Origin: Octopus sinensis | Taxonomy: Eukaryota | DNA: 64,000 bases | Direction of reading: 5' to 3' | Assembly: GCF_006345805.1 (NCBI RefSeq) | Contig: NC_042998.1 | Location: 21,266,001-21,330,000, forward strand | Shown here: one piece after another, positions 1 through 14,082 of the stretch | How the letters are laid out: each line of letters begins with the position of its first letter | Position numbering within the stretch: position 1 is the first letter of the stretch | Program-made: the position numbers and the translations under genes | The notes under the pieces: model-generated | Told to the model about the DNA's origin: nothing | Seen by the model: the letters and a program-made list of their open reading frames with translations, nothing else | Database searches by the model: none

Positions 1-440
1 TAGCAATAACCACGTAAACAACAGTAGGGATCGCGCCGATAATAGACGTAGGAGTAGATTTAATGTGACATCTTATCTAAATGGTAATTAGAACAAGGAT
101 AAGTACATAGACCAAAACATACATAACTCTGATAAGATAATTTTAGATTAAAACTAGGAAGCATACAATTAGTAACATTGACAAAGAGAACTTACTATTC
201 CCTAATAATAAAAAAAGTAACAATTGCCACGTAAACAAACAATAGAGATCACGCCAGGAAATAATAGTAGAAGTAGATTTACGATGACAAAATCTCCTAA
301 TGAAATTAAGAATAAATAGGAACATTGAACTGAATACAGGTAATACGGATAACATAAAAACTTTGAGAAAAATAAGAAACATGCAAATAAGAACATTAAT
401 AAATACATCGACTCTGGTGAGAGTAGGAACGATTCAAATA

Positions 441-540
441 NNNNNNNNNNNNNNNNNNNNNNNNNNNNNNNNNNNNNNNNNNNNNNNNNNNNNNNNNNNN
501 NNNNNNNNNNNNNNNNNNNNNNNNNNNNNNNNNNNNNNNN
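441..540. other. Assembly gap (100 N)
   Basis: Run of n characters. Confidence 0.99.
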
Positions 541-906
541 GGCAGTAACATACATTGATTATGTAAACCAAAAGAAGTTTACATAGATAACGCTTTTATA
601 TTGTATTTTACTTTTGTTTATGTTTTTTGTTTTAACCTTAAAGTGTATTCTTATTTTTTAATATCACTTTTTGGAATATATTAGCATACATATACATACA
701 ATAAAAAAATATATTTCTCAATTTTCTTAGTTGATATAGGCTGTGTGGCAAGAAATTTGCTTCTCAATCACATGGTTCTGAGTTCAGTTCCAATGCATGG
801 CATCTTGAGCAAGTGTCTTCTACTATAGTCTCGGGTCGACCAAAACCTTGTGAGTGGATTTGGTTGACGGAAACCGAAAGAGGGCCGTCGTATATATATA
901 TATATA

Positions 907-2880
907 AACTTAGATAAACTTAGATATGTTTCGACCAAAGATTGGTCCAGGCCATGTCTAACTTAATAGCACCACCTGATAGGATTATTCGAATCCTGTT
1001 TAAGTCAAGTTTTGTTCAAGTAGTGAGTTCTTGTTGGGTGAGTTGTATCCATTTTGTTCAAGTAGTGAGTTCTTGTTGGGTGAGTTGTATCCAATTATGG
1101 TGGCTTATCTGTATTCTTTGAAGGAATTTATCCAGACTCTGTTTAAAGTTGATGGGATCCTTTTCCTCTTGATCTCCCTCGGGACAATGTTAAATAGGGC
1201 AGGGCCTGTTGAGGAAAAGAATTATGTTGCAGTGTACATGTATGTTGTGATCTTGAATTGGGCAGGGAACGTATAGCCCGTGGTCCAAGTCTGGATGAAC
1301 CTTGAAGCTAATGTTTAGGTCGTTTGGGCAAGTTGGCGGTATATTTTCCACATCGTACAAATGATGTACTGCTCACGGCGACACTGGAGGGAGTAAAGTT
1401 TCAAGGCTTTAAGGCGATCCCAATAATCGAGAGCAGCCATGCCTTCAATTTGTTTAGTGAGTGCCCTCTGGGGTGACTCAATTCTGGAGATGTTTTGTCT
1501 TGTGTGAGGAGACCACAGTAGGCAGCAGTATTCAAGGTGTGGCTGTACAAAGGAGGAAAAAAGTGGTATGATGACACCTTGTTCTCTGGACCGGAAAGTT
1601 CTTAAGATCCAGGAACTCATCCTACGAGCTATATCGACCTTCTTGTTGATGTGTGCACTCCAACTGAGATCGTCATCAACAATTACACCCAGGTCTCTGA
1701 TATTGTTAGAGGCTGTGAGCGGTTCCCCTGAAGGAAGAGAGTATGGTTGTTTTAGTGAGGAATTTCTTCCAAAATGCATCAGCTCAATTTTCCCTCATTC
1801 AGTTGCATTTTGTTTCTGTCTGCCCATTGACTCACAGCATATAGATCAGACTGGAGTTGAGTTCGGTCTTCTTCTTCATTGACGATTTGCTGGAGCTTAG
1901 TGTCATCAGCAAATATTTTCACTTTGCAGTAATGTACGACACTGGAAAGGTCGTTTACGTAAATTATGAAGAGTAGCGGACCCAAAACAGTTCCCTGGGG
2001 AACACCGCTGGTGACTTTTTGCGGGTTTGAGTGGACTCCATCAACTACAACATGTTGTGTTCTATTCGCCAGGAAATACTTAATCCAGTGTAGAACTTTT
2101 CCACTGATTCCAACGTTTGCCAATTTTGAGAGTAGGATGTTATGGTCTACCCTGTCGAACGCTTTACTGAAGTCAAGATATATGACGTCAGAGTTCGAAC
2201 CTGTTCCCAAGGCTTTGAGTACATCTTCAATGTGGTGTAAGAGCTGTGTTAGACAGTCCCTGCCACAGCGAAAGCCATGCTGATTTGCATTTAGGAGTTT
2301 GTGGGTCTCCAGGAAGTCAGCTATCCTTGATCTTAACACTCTTTCAAACACTTTAATGATGGGGAGGTGAGTGAGATTGGGCGATAGTTGACTGCGAGGG
2401 ATCTGTTTCCCTGTTTGAAAAACCGGGATGACCGACTGGGATAGAAACTGTTTCGGTATATAACCTGCGTCTAACGAATTTATCCATAGGTTGGTCAGGG
2501 GACTGCAGGTTGGTATCTACATTCCTTCAGGAGACTAGCGGGAAATCTATCAGGCCTACAGCAGAGTAATGTTTGACCTCATTTATTGCTGCTACGATGT
2601 CGGTGGCAGTGAAGGTTATGTCTGAGATTTGTGTTGGGAGTCAACTTCGTTCGTTCGTTTCCCTTACGTCAATATCAGTGGGAACACTAAAGACAGAGCA
2701 GTATGTGTTCTGCAGTATTCTGCCATTTCTTTAGCATCGTGTTGGGGAATGTCGTTATCATCAATCAATGGCCCAATGGGTGAGACAGTGATTCTATGCT
2801 TTTTTGCATAAGAATAGAACACTTTTTGGGTTCTGTTTGATGTTTCTGATTACCCATTGTTCCTCCACAGCTCTTTGATT
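907..2880 (-). mobile_element. 5'-truncated CR1/Jockey-group LINE (RT C-terminal half plus 3' UTR), frameshifted
   Basis: ORFs 1779..2351 and 1315..1779 carry RT motifs QHGFR, YLDFSKAFDRVDH, SGVPQGTVLGP, FADD and HLEYC..WSP. The 3' end has a short tandem tail (TCTAAGTTTA-like) abutting (TA)n. A tandem duplication lies at about 1010-1093. Confidence 0.9.
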
Positions 2881-2908
2881 TTCAATGGAGGTTTTGTATA
2901 TATATATG

Positions 2909-2976
<68 letters not shown>

Positions 2977-3000
2977 ATGTATATATATACATATATATAC

Positions 3001-3081
<81 letters not shown>

Positions 3082-3708
3082 CATACGTGTGTGTATTTGT
3101 GTGTGTGTTTGTGTGAATGTAGCCAAGGCGAGGATGCCTTATCCTCATGAGGGATTATTATAAGCGAAATTTCTCCAGCTATCATTGCTTTGTTACTGGA
3201 GATTCTCCTATTGAGAATCACAATCGGGTTTCTTCATAAGGCTTGATCTTGGCTTGCTCTTTGCCTTCACTAACCGAAGATGTTGTCTCTCCGAGCTTCT
3301 CGCGGTTTCTCCAACCGTCATTGCTTTGGTATTGGTCGTCATTCAGTCTCCTTTTATTCCAGATGAAAGATTTCTTTATATAATCCTAATATATACATCG
3401 ACACATCATTAGTGATGTGTTTGAGGGCCATTGCTTTTCGGGTTTTTCCACAATTAGACACCTTTAGCCAGGTAAAAATTTGAAATAAGAAAAATTTGGG
3501 CAAACGGTCAAGCCTTTAAAAATAAAACTATCTAAACATTCCCAGCGTATTTTCTAATTCTATTCTCTACATCTGTGGAGTAAAATAACTTTACTTGTTT
3601 CATATATTTTATATATATATGTATGCATGTATGTATATATTATGTATCTTTGTGTGTAAATAAATATATATATATATGTATGTATGTATGTACGTATGTA
3701 TATATATA

Positions 3709-4011
3709 TCACGTGATCACGTGACCGACCAGACCATCAGATGTTGTTACGCATCGCTGGTCACAATGCGTTCGCATTGTTTTTGCCTTCGAATGACGCC
3801 ACCCCGCTAGCTAAGCAAGCAGGCCAACAGAAGAATGAGTGGGAGAAAGAGTGGTGAAAGAGTACAGTAGGGATCACCACACCCTGCCGGAGCCTCATGG
3901 AGCTTTTAGGTGTTTTCGCTCAATAAACACACAACGTCCGGTCTGGGAATCGAAACCGCGATCCTACGACCGCGAGTCCGCTGCCCTAACCACTAGGCCA
4001 TTGCGCCTCCA
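3709..4011 (-). mobile_element. tRNA-derived SINE family C
   Basis: Head GGAGGCGCAATGGCCTAGTGGTTAGGGC...GGTTTCGATTCCC with Pol III A/B boxes. Related copies at about 52455-52755(-) and 55575-55940(-), with a diverged one at about 34355-34690(+). Confidence 0.85.
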
Positions 4012-4018
4012 TATATAT

Positions 4019-4068
<50 letters not shown>

Positions 4069-4069
4069 T

Positions 4070-4262
<193 letters not shown>

Positions 4263-4279
4263 TATATATATATATATAT

Positions 4280-4345
<66 letters not shown>

Positions 4346-4355
4346 TATATACAAA

Positions 4356-4866
4356 CCGTAAATCCTCGAGTATAATCCGCATTTTTTTCCAAACATTTAA
4401 AGGTCAAAATCCCGAGTGTGTACTATATACGAGGTTAAAAATGAAAAATATTTTCTAACCAATGTCCGAATCTCTATTTGCTGTCCGGCATTGTTTATTC
4501 AAACGTATTTTGTGATGTCGGGCGCGAAAATACCTTAAGCTAAACCTGAAAGCAATGAAGTCATAAAAGAATCATCCATAACTTGCAGTTAGCAACATTT
4601 ATTAAACGTTATTACTGTTATTTCTTTATTTTCTGCAAACAAAATACACAAAAAGCTACACGTTTGCAATATGTTATATATATAATAATATTAGATGACG
4701 TTACCGTATACATCTTTACAAACCAAGGACGTTATATAGATCTCCTTGGCTCAAGTTAGAGAAGGGGTGCGTATTATACACAAGGTCTAGGTTTTTCAGA
4801 TGTACAGCTCCCTTAAAAACCCCTGTGTATTATACTCAAGGGCGGACTAGACTCGGGGATTTACGG
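4356..4866. mobile_element. MITE with terminal inverted repeats (Tc1/mariner-pogo type)
   Basis: Left end CCGTAAATCCTCGAGTATAATCCGC and right end GCGGACTAGACTCGGGGATTTACGG are imperfect reverse complements. TA follows the right end; no coding capacity. Confidence 0.8.
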
Positions 4867-5043
4867 TATATATGAAATAAGGAAAATTATTTTACTCCAC
4901 ACGAAGAGAGATGTAAAAAATATAAGTTGAAAATACGTTGGAAGTGTTTAGATTTTATTATCTTTATAGGCTTAACAATTTGCACAGATTTTTCTGATTT
5001 TAAATTTTCTGGCAAAGTTTCTGTCTTTTTCACAAGGCTTAGT

Positions 5044-5450
5044 AAACAAAAAGAAAATGCAGCAACTGATTTAATTAATTGTTAATATTGTCACCATTCC
5101 TCTCTATGACCTCTTTCCATCTCTCAATGAGCTTTGTAATGCCGCCATCATAAAATTCCTTAGGTTATCAAGTGAAAGAGAAAACTAGCACATTCTCGAC
5201 TTTAACTCTTCAATTAAGTCTTAATCCACTTAAATCCTTTTGTAATATTCTAAAGGATGGTAATCGGTAGGTGCGATGTTTGGAGGATATGGTGGGTGAT
5301 GTATAATTTCCCAGGCATATTTTCTAAGAACTTTGGTGTGTTGTGCAGTGTGAAGTCTTGTGTTATCATGATAAATAATGATTTGTTTTCGGTTTGTTAT
5401 GACGTGGGTTTTGGCTGCAAATTTCCTTTCAAATAGTTAGCTGTTGGCAG
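5044..5450 (-). mobile_element. Degenerate mariner transposase 3' fragment
   Basis: Minus strand reads ...WEIIHHPPYPPNIAPTDYH..., a decayed HPPYSPDLAPSDY motif. A related copy lies at about 26860-27600(-). Confidence 0.75.
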
Positions 5451-6144
5451 TTTATATATGTGTGTGTGTGTGTGTGTGTATGTATGCATGCAAACATTTA
5501 TCTATATATTTATCGATCTGTCAAATGACTGAAACAAGTAAAAAAAAAAGTACAACCTACACAAGTCAATGTGTGATGAACAAAATAGGAATTTTGAAAG
5601 AAGTACAAATAAAACTAGTTTATAAACAGTGAATGGCTATAAGGGGTCTACCAAAGTAAAATAGTATCGATCAATCTAGTTTCATCTCCCTCAGAGGATT
5701 ACACAATTTAAAGCAGTGAAATTTTTCAAGTACCCCACTAGGCATATAATTTGTTTTAGTTGACAAACCATAGTTAAAACAGATTAAATACTCAACATTA
5801 GCAATAGTCTTTATTTAAAACTCTAAAGAGACACAACCCAGCACCACGATGTGAGTTGTCTTTCAATCTCGTAGAACGTTTATGTTCTTCGTAATTTTCT
5901 CATATTCTCCTCGTTTTTCGTTTCTTCTATGGCTCTACGGTGTAGCCATGTTATTTGAGCCTGAACTATTGCGAAATCTTGCACAGTATATTACACAAGA
6001 CTGTCCACATATTACTCTGTCTGAGAAACTTGAAGTGGATCACATAAAATACCTGTAATCATTAAATGACATATAAGTGTGTGAGTGTGTATCTTCTGTT
6101 TGTATACAAATTGATTATACGTATAGGTATATATATATACACAT

Positions 6145-6227
<83 letters not shown>

Positions 6228-6801
6228 GGAGTAAACACATAAATGTGAAACAAGGTGGAAAAAAGAGTACTCAAATACCAGTGGTAGAGTAATATGCTTT
6301 ATTTTAAGCAGCAGAAAATTCAACAAAATCTGTTACTCTGAGTTTCTCGTTGATGTGGATTCTAAAAAGATAGGAAAATATTTACACACAACACACTAAA
6401 TACACTTGAACACACACATTTAAAGTTAAACAATAAAAAAGGTGGGGGGGCGATGATGGGTAGGTGAAAGAAACAATAGAATATGCAGAGATTAATTAGT
6501 CAATAGAATGGCTAAGTGTAATCAATTTTGGTGTGTTGTGCAGTGTAAAGTCTTGTGTTATCATGATAAATAATGATTTGTTTTCGGTTTGTTATGACGT
6601 GGGTTTTGGCTGCAAATTTCCTTTCAAATAGTTAGCTGTTGGCAGTTTATATATATGTGTGTGTGTGTGTGTATGTATGCATGCAAACATTTATCTATAT
6701 ATTTATCGATCTGTCAAATGACTGAAACAAAATCAAAATTTGCCGGCAACGAGAAACTCAGAGTAACAGATTTTGTTGAATTTTCTGCTGCTTAAAATAA
6801 A

Positions 6802-6843
<42 letters not shown>

Positions 6844-6926
6844 AAATATTAGGGAATAAATCCAAACTTACAGGAAAAAATCAGATTTAGGATTGAATCC
6901 AATTTTATAGTAAAATATTATATTAT

Positions 6927-7337
6927 ATTAAATTAGAGATAAAACCACTATTAGGCAAATCATACAATGAAAAACTTAAGCCAATACATAAGATTAATTA
7001 ATTTATATTATTTAAATATATATCAAAATTATTAAAAAAGATAATTAATATAACACTACGATCGTTTCATGGCTGTTCAATTCTTAAAAATTTCGAGTTA
7101 CAGTCATTCTTCAGGTGGTTTACATTTGGCGAGGTTTAATCAATGAACCACCTGAAGAATGACTGTAACTCGAAAATTTTAAGAATTGAACAGCCATGAA
7201 ACGATCGTAGTATTATATTATTATCTTTTTTAATAATTTTGATATATATTTAAATAATACAAATTAATTATCTTATGTATTGGCTTAAGTTTTTCATTGT
7301 ATGATTTGCCTAATAGTGGTTTTATCTCTAATTTAAT
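6927..7337. repeat. Fold-back inverted repeat (about 195-bp arms) with a hammerhead motif in each arm
   Basis: About 6927-7120 is the reverse complement of about 7146-7337 with scattered mismatches; (TA)n lies on both sides of the element. A homologous truncated single copy lies at about 43460-43655. Confidence 0.9.
7054..7117 (-). ncRNA. Minimal type-I hammerhead ribozyme motif (mirror copy on + strand at 7149-7212)
   Basis: cac-CTGAAGA-atgactgt...acagccat-GAAA-cgatcg-TA-gtg: intact core, stem II, palindromic stem III and 3-bp stem I. The + copy has only a 2-bp stem I. Confidence 0.75.
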
Positions 7338-7359
7338 AATATATATATATATATATATA

Positions 7360-7408
<49 letters not shown>

Positions 7409-7499
7409 GTGTGTGTATGTGTGAGTGTGTATACATGCATACGTACATACACACGCACACGCATACAGACACACACACATAAAATTCAATATTCAGGAT

Positions 7500-8073
7500 C
7501 TGAAATTTATTGGTGATGCGTAAACACGTGCTGTCTCAAACAGATCTATGGACAACAACCTCTACCGCATTTAGTATGTCATACACAGAGTGGGTAAAGA
7601 AACTGGCATGGGTGGGTCCCTTATCGATTTGGATAGGTGAAATGTTTTCGATACGGCCGACCACATATATTTGGCGGCCATTCTTACAGCGGTCGGTTTC
7701 GGTTCCGTTCTCCGTGGCTGAATTGCAGCAATGTACAGAGACATATACTAGGGAGTTCGGGTGACTTTTTGGAACCATTCAGCACCACGTACTCGGTACG
7801 TGAAGGATTCCCTTTCTTGCTTCTTCTCTCTTTTACTCTTTTACTTGTTTCAGTCATTTGACTGCGGCCATGCTGGAGCACCGCCTTTCGTCGAGTAAAT
7901 CGACCCCGGGACTTATTCTTTGTAAGCCCAGTACTTATTCTATCGGTCTCTTTTTGCCGAACCGCTAAGTTACGGGGGACGTAAACACACCAGCATCGGT
8001 TGTCAAGCAATGCTAAGGGGACAAACACAGACACACAAACGCACACACACACACACACACACACCACACACAC

Positions 8074-8139
<66 letters not shown>

Positions 8140-9030
8140 CAAATATACGACGGGCCTCTTTCAGTTTCCGTCTACCAAATCCACTCACAAGGCATTGGTC
8201 GGTCCGGGGCTATAGCAGAAGACACTTGCCCAAGATGCCACGCAGTGGGACTGAACCCGGAACCATGTGGTTGGTTAGAAAGCTACTTACCACACAGCCA
8301 CTCCTGCGCCTTCTGTATGTATTTACTCTAGAACTACAACTGCAGAGATTAGGGCATCCCACACAAACGAGGAGGCGGGTGAACCATATCGGCATATGCA
8401 GATGACGTTACCGTCATGTGGAACCAGGTACACAGACCTGGTCGGCACTACTCCAGAAGAATGCGAAGCTCTGACAGGAGCAAAAGTTATTCAAGAGAAG
8501 TCAGTGGCCCTGCCACTCGGCACCTGGAGAGGTAGGTCCATGCCGTCAATAATATCGTGGGACGCTAGACAGAGTTCCCGGTTAAATTGCTTTGGATTTT
8601 GTTTCGTCTAGATCTCCGGGTGCAGAAGAACTAGGACAAGGTGATGAGTAGGGTGGCCAATTTCATCCAGAAATGGGCCGAGAGAAAGCTGTCTCTGAAG
8701 GGTCGGGCAGGGGTACCGATCGCATACATCGCCTCCGTCATATAATACTTTATGACCGTCGTGCCTTGCCTCAGTTTGCAACAAACTAAACTGCAGTGCA
8801 TACTCTTCGGTTTACTGTGAAAGGGAGGCGTTCCACTGGTCAGGTGCTCCATTTGTAATCAACCCGCTGAATGAAGAACTTGACATGGCGTGGCTGCTGA
8901 TGCACAGACATGCGCTCAAGCTCCGACATACCTAGCGCTTCATTAACGGTAAGCAGGAGTGGTGGCCATTTGTCACACACGATCTTCTGCCGCTCGGTTT
9001 AGAGTTTTGCTTCAAGTTCCACAAAACCGT
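7500..9030 (+). mobile_element. Decayed Tx1/L1-like LINE RT fragment interrupted by a SINE
   Basis: Reads ...LIDLDR*NVFDTADHIYLAAILTAVGFG...SVREGFP, then the SINE, then LLYVFTLELQL...YADDVT (RT domain relics with stops). Confidence 0.65.
7822..8310 (-). mobile_element. tRNA-derived SINE family A (most abundant; internal (TA)n(TG)n tract)
   Basis: Head GGCGCAGGAGTGGCTGTGTGGTAAG...GGGTTCAGTCCC and tail GGCGGTGCTCCAGCATGGCCGCAGTCAAATGACTGAAACAAGTAAAAGAG. Other copies at about 737-890(+), 9047-9463(-), 17238-17678(-), 20149-20516(-), 22703-22865 plus 23880-24103(+), 31918-32335(+), 39560-39932(-), 43760-43978(+), 48112-48512(+), 50765-50980(-), 52196-52400(-) and 53558-53722(-). Confidence 0.9.
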
Positions 9031-9470
9031 TTTCTTGTATTTGTATACTCTTTTACTCTTTTACTTCTTTTAGTCATTTGACTGCGGCCATGCTGGAGCA
9101 CCGCCTTTAGTCGAGCAAATCGACCCCAGGACTTATTCTTTGTAAGCCTAGTACTTATTCTATCGGTCTCTTTTGCCAAACCGTTAAGTGACGGGGATGT
9201 AAACACACCAGCATTGATTGTCAAGCGACGTTGGGGGAGAAACACAGACACACACACATATACACACACATAATACATATATATATACATACATATATAC
9301 GACGGGCTTCTTTTAGTTTCCACCTACCAAATCCACTCACAAGGCTTTGGTCGGCCCGAGGCTATAGTAGAAGACACTTGCCCAAGGTGTCACGCAGTGG
9401 GACTGAACCCTGAACCATGTGGTTGGTAAGCAAACTACTTATCACACAGCCACTCCTGCGCCTATACGAC

Positions 9471-9537
<67 letters not shown>

Positions 9538-9589
9538 ATCCAGTTTGACCTTCCTTACAAAACTACCACATTTGTACAGGCCAATCGTC

Positions 9590-10500
9590 ATGAAATTACT
9601 AAAAGCCGGATGCTAAACCTCGTTGAAAATCCCGTGAGGTGTAAGAAGATTAATTCAATCTGGTAGAAGAGAAAAATATTTGCTATTGATTTCATGACTG
9701 ATACCCAGGCTGAACAACTTGAGGGAAGTGTAGCAATAATTGTTACCTCAATTGGCTGAATAATTGTCTGATAGTTCGGAACAGAAACCTCTGCATGGCC
9801 CATATCAAATAAGCTGCTGTTGACCAGAAGTTATCTTTAGCTACAAACCTCAAGCCAAAGGCTGAGAGCAAAGTTTGCTTCTTAGCTACTCAAGATCAAA
9901 TCTTATTGAACTGGAACTACCAAATCAATGTGGACAAAAAATGGAGTTGATCCAAAGTGCCGATTCTGTAATGATGAGATTGAAAAAGTGGATCACTTAA
10001 TGTCTGGATGTAAAGTTTTAGCATTAGTAGAGAATAAATCAAGACATTGACAGAGTTGGCTAATATCTACGCTGGTTATTATATTGCCATTTAAAAAATA
10101 AAACTGTCGACAAGTGGTATGGGAGGAAATAAAACGGTTCTTTGCTACTTTCCTGTTCATACAGACACAACAATCAAAGCTAATGAACCGAATATTGTTG
10201 GAAAAGACCAAAATGATAAAGTTTGTTTAATGATTGACGTGAGTATCCCCTGTGATCCTAATATTGAGGCAAAAGTATTTGACAAGCTCAGAAAATATAA
10301 AGATTTGTCCATTGATAATAATAAAAAAAATCTGGTATCTCAATGCGGTTACAATACCAGTGATTGTAGCAGTACTAGAAATGATCGAACAAGGAACTGA
10401 AACTCATGGGAGAAAGTTCCCTGGCTTACTGTCCCTGCAAGAAGAGTAAGATACGTCATAAGTATTGAACAGAGCATTGCCGCTGTATGAACGATAACTT
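9590..10500 (+). mobile_element. Decayed R4/Dong-type LINE 3' part (zinc knuckle plus REL endonuclease)
   Basis: ATQDQ..., CRFC..E...HLMSGC and VHTDTTIKANEPNIV...LMIDVSIP...KLRKYKDL match the PD..D REL endonuclease region. Confidence 0.8.
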
Positions 10501-12156
10501 TGTATGTATATATATATTTTTCTTTTACGCAACTTCATTTGGTTTTGTAAATGAACGATCTAGTGTGTTTATCTAAATGGCATATCAATGTAGCCAGTAT
10601 GACCTAGGTGCCAGAAAGATAGTCGGCAAGAAATGGAAACAAAGTTTGAAGAAGAACGAAAAAAATAATTTTAGTAAAGATACAAGTCTTTACTCAAAAT
10701 CCTGACTTCATAGAAAACGCACAACATAATTTTTAGTAAAGAAAATAATGGTTTATTTCATTGAATGTTAATTACATATAATATAGAAGTTGATTTATTG
10801 ATGTGTTTACAGATATTAAACCGTTATTATTTTGTTAAAAACTGCATTAGTCGAATTACAGAATCATCTTTATGAGAGGAACTACTTTTAGATTTAGTTT
10901 TAGAAACAAATAGCATATGCAAAATTCCAATATACAAACTGCAAATGAAATTAAAATACAATAATTTGTTGTGAATTCCACTTCCTATTCTGTGACATGA
11001 TCAGAAGAAATATCAATTTCTTTAGTAATCCAAACATTTTTGAATGAAAGCAATGAGAAATGTTCCTCAACATTTGTGGTTAACAATTTGACACAGTTTT
11101 CGTTATTAGACATCATAACAACCATTGCGTAAGATGGCAGATCGTTAGTCCACTGGATAAAATGTTTAGTAGCATTTCGTCTGTCAATCAATTGTGAGTT
11201 CACATTTCTTTGAGATCGATTTTGCCATTCATTCTTTTGGAGTCAATAAAAGAAATACCATTTGAGCATTGGCGGTGGATGTAACTGACTTACATCGCCC
11301 CTAAAACTGATGAGCTTGTGTCAAAATTTGAAACCAATATCTGAATGGAGGTTTCATTATTAACTATTATAGCAACCATTATCTAAAATATTATTAAAAC
11401 AGCAAAATGTCAGATCCGTTAGAACGACGGACAAAATGCTTAGTGGCCATTCGTTTGTCTTTATATTCTGAGTTCAAATTCCGCCAGGGTCAACTACACC
11501 GTTCATCCCTTCGCTGGATGAAATAAGTTAGAGCAATGGAAGCGATGTAATCTACTATCTCGCTCCCCCGAAAATTTCAGGCCTCGTGCCTATAGTAGAA
11601 AGTATTATCTAAGATATTTCGTCGACATGTGTAGAGAGATTTGAGAAATTATTGTGTGACTGGTTTTGTAATTGTATGTGTAGTTAGTGTCCAGTTCGTG
11701 CTAAACTGAGATGCTGATTTAAGGCAATATTTTGGAAAAGAGGAAACATTTTAAAAATATGTTTCGCTTAACAACTGTGTTTAAAATAATTTAAAACTTT
11801 ATTCCTGAGAATGCTATAAAGGACGTGTAAAATGTGTGCAACAGCATCACCTAATACTGAGTGACTAAAATGGATGGATGGAATGACACAAAAGGAGTAA
11901 GATAATCTGTAGATTTGCATGGTATTAATCCTTTATTGATTGTAGCGATTAGACTGAGGACGTAGAATTCACCGCTTAGAATCTATATCATTGTTTCATA
12001 TTAAAAATCATATCAAGTATTACGAAATGTATCATTTGTTGATATATTTAAACACTTTTCCTAAGAATATGTTACATTATTAGAGTTAAACAAGAAGAAA
12101 AAAGAAGATAAAAGTAATAACATATTATTTGATATGAATCTTTTAAATTTCATGCC

Positions 12157-12312
12157 TTATAGGAAATATAGTCTGTAAAGGAAAAAATAAATTACAAAAA
12201 TGCATACAATAAGAAAAATTCCAACGATAATTGATGAAGCAATAAATATTTTTGCTTTTTTGTTAGCTTCTAGGGCACCTGCTCTATCTCCATTTTGGGC
12301 CAATTGATTTGC
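12157..12312 (-). CDS. CD225/dispanin gene A, coding exon 4 (last)
   Basis: Acceptor ttttatcttctag, then ANQLAQNGDRAGALEANKKAKIFIASSIIVGIFLIVCIFVIYFFLYRLYFL-TAA. Contains GxxxG (GDRAG) and a hydrophobic TM helix; homologous to 44807-45025. Confidence 0.92.
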   Translation of the reverse strand, partial: ANQLAQNGDRAGALEANKKAKIFIASSIIVGIFLIVCIFVIYFFLYRLYFL

Positions 12313-12489
12313 CTAGAAGATAAAATAAAAGTTAATTTTAACATGAAATTTCACCCCAAATTTTAGAATCATAAAAAATAATTTATCAGGGTGTTTCTAT
12401 GGAAATTACTTGCCAGTGTTCATGCTAACTTGAGACCAATAATAATATTTTTCTTTATTTCAAGATTCAGTACAATACAAATCAACCAT

Positions 12490-12850
12490 CGTGCTCTAAT
12501 TCAGTATTACTTATTAGGAGGCTCTGATGTCGGAAAATGAGGACGACAAATTGCCATGTTAAATGAAAAAAGAAATGGTTTCCAAATGGTTTAAAGTGGT
12601 TTCCAAATGCCTATTCGTTTTCTTGGTGCAGTGTTTACAGCACACATTTGTTAGGCTCATAAAGTGAGTCTGGGAAAACAGAAAACTGGTTACAATCACC
12701 AAGACTACTATCTATAAAGCCTGCGTTCTTAGTACGTTACTTTATGGCAATGCGACACGGAGTCACTACTCCAGACACGAGCTGCGTTTAAACGTCTTCT
12801 ACCTTCGTAATTTGAGACGAATGTTGGATATTTGTCAGCAGAGTGGTATA
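12490..12850 (+). mobile_element. Decayed RTE-type LINE fragment in intron 3 of gene A
   Basis: KTTIYKACVLSTLLYG...LRLNVFYLRNLRRMLDI resembles the RTE RT C-terminal region. Confidence 0.65.
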
Positions 12851-13239
12851 TTTACCGAAGTGTACAGCGTTACCTATCACTCCGTTAAACTCCAGTGCGA
12901 AACTAATCGGTAAGATCGGCCGTAATGGCTATAATAATGTAGACTTCGATTAATATATATATATATATATAACAAACAGTGACAAGTGTCAATGCGTTAT
13001 TCGAGAGAACCTACTGAAGTCAGTCTGTGACCACAAAATACGTACAATACGCTTGAATTTCCAAATCTTGGCATGGTATTTTAATACAATATATATACAA
13101 TATAATATTAATAAATTATGAAATACATGACTTTTACTAGTCATTTACATTATCTTTTGTACCAAAATTTGAATATTTATGGTTAAAATATACGGATATG
13201 AATAGAATTTCTTGCAAGGAATGTTCATATTTTACTTAC

Positions 13240-13350
13240 TTTCCTGCTGTAACTAATAGCAGCGACGCCCAGTGGTATACAGCAAGTAACGGCGGAAAAA
13301 ATAGCTAAACACGTCAAATCAGGAATGTGAATTGGTTCCGGTTGGGCTAT
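13240..13350 (-). CDS. CD225/dispanin gene A, coding exon 3
   Basis: tttgttttcag|IAQPEPIHIPDLTCLAIFSAVTCCIPLGVAAISYSRK|gtaagt. 111 nt, phase 0/0, same length as exon 3 of gene B; CD225 intramembrane segment with a CC pair. Confidence 0.92.
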
Positions 13351-13431
13351 CTGAAAACAAATTAAGCCAGAATAATAGCATTATCATAAAGGTTGGTGGT
13401 AATGATGACAACGATGATAAGGTAACAACAA

Positions 13432-13473
<42 letters not shown>

Positions 13474-13489
13474 TAATAATAATAATAGA

Positions 13490-14066
<577 letters not shown>

Positions 14067-14082
14067 TAATACTAATAATACT

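Noticed and set aside
1-440. Two diverged copies of an about 80-bp motif about 220 bp apart, next to the gap
   Set aside because: Truncated by the window edge and the N gap; could be a retroelement low-complexity region but cannot be classified.
3940-4011. tRNA-like sequences at SINE heads
   Set aside because: A/B boxes are present, but each continues into a dispersed SINE body with no clean cloverleaf or terminator; not called as tRNA genes.
5830-6060. Possible minus-strand exon after an acceptor-like gattacag
   Set aside because: No sustained reading frame or CD225 similarity found; cannot be supported.
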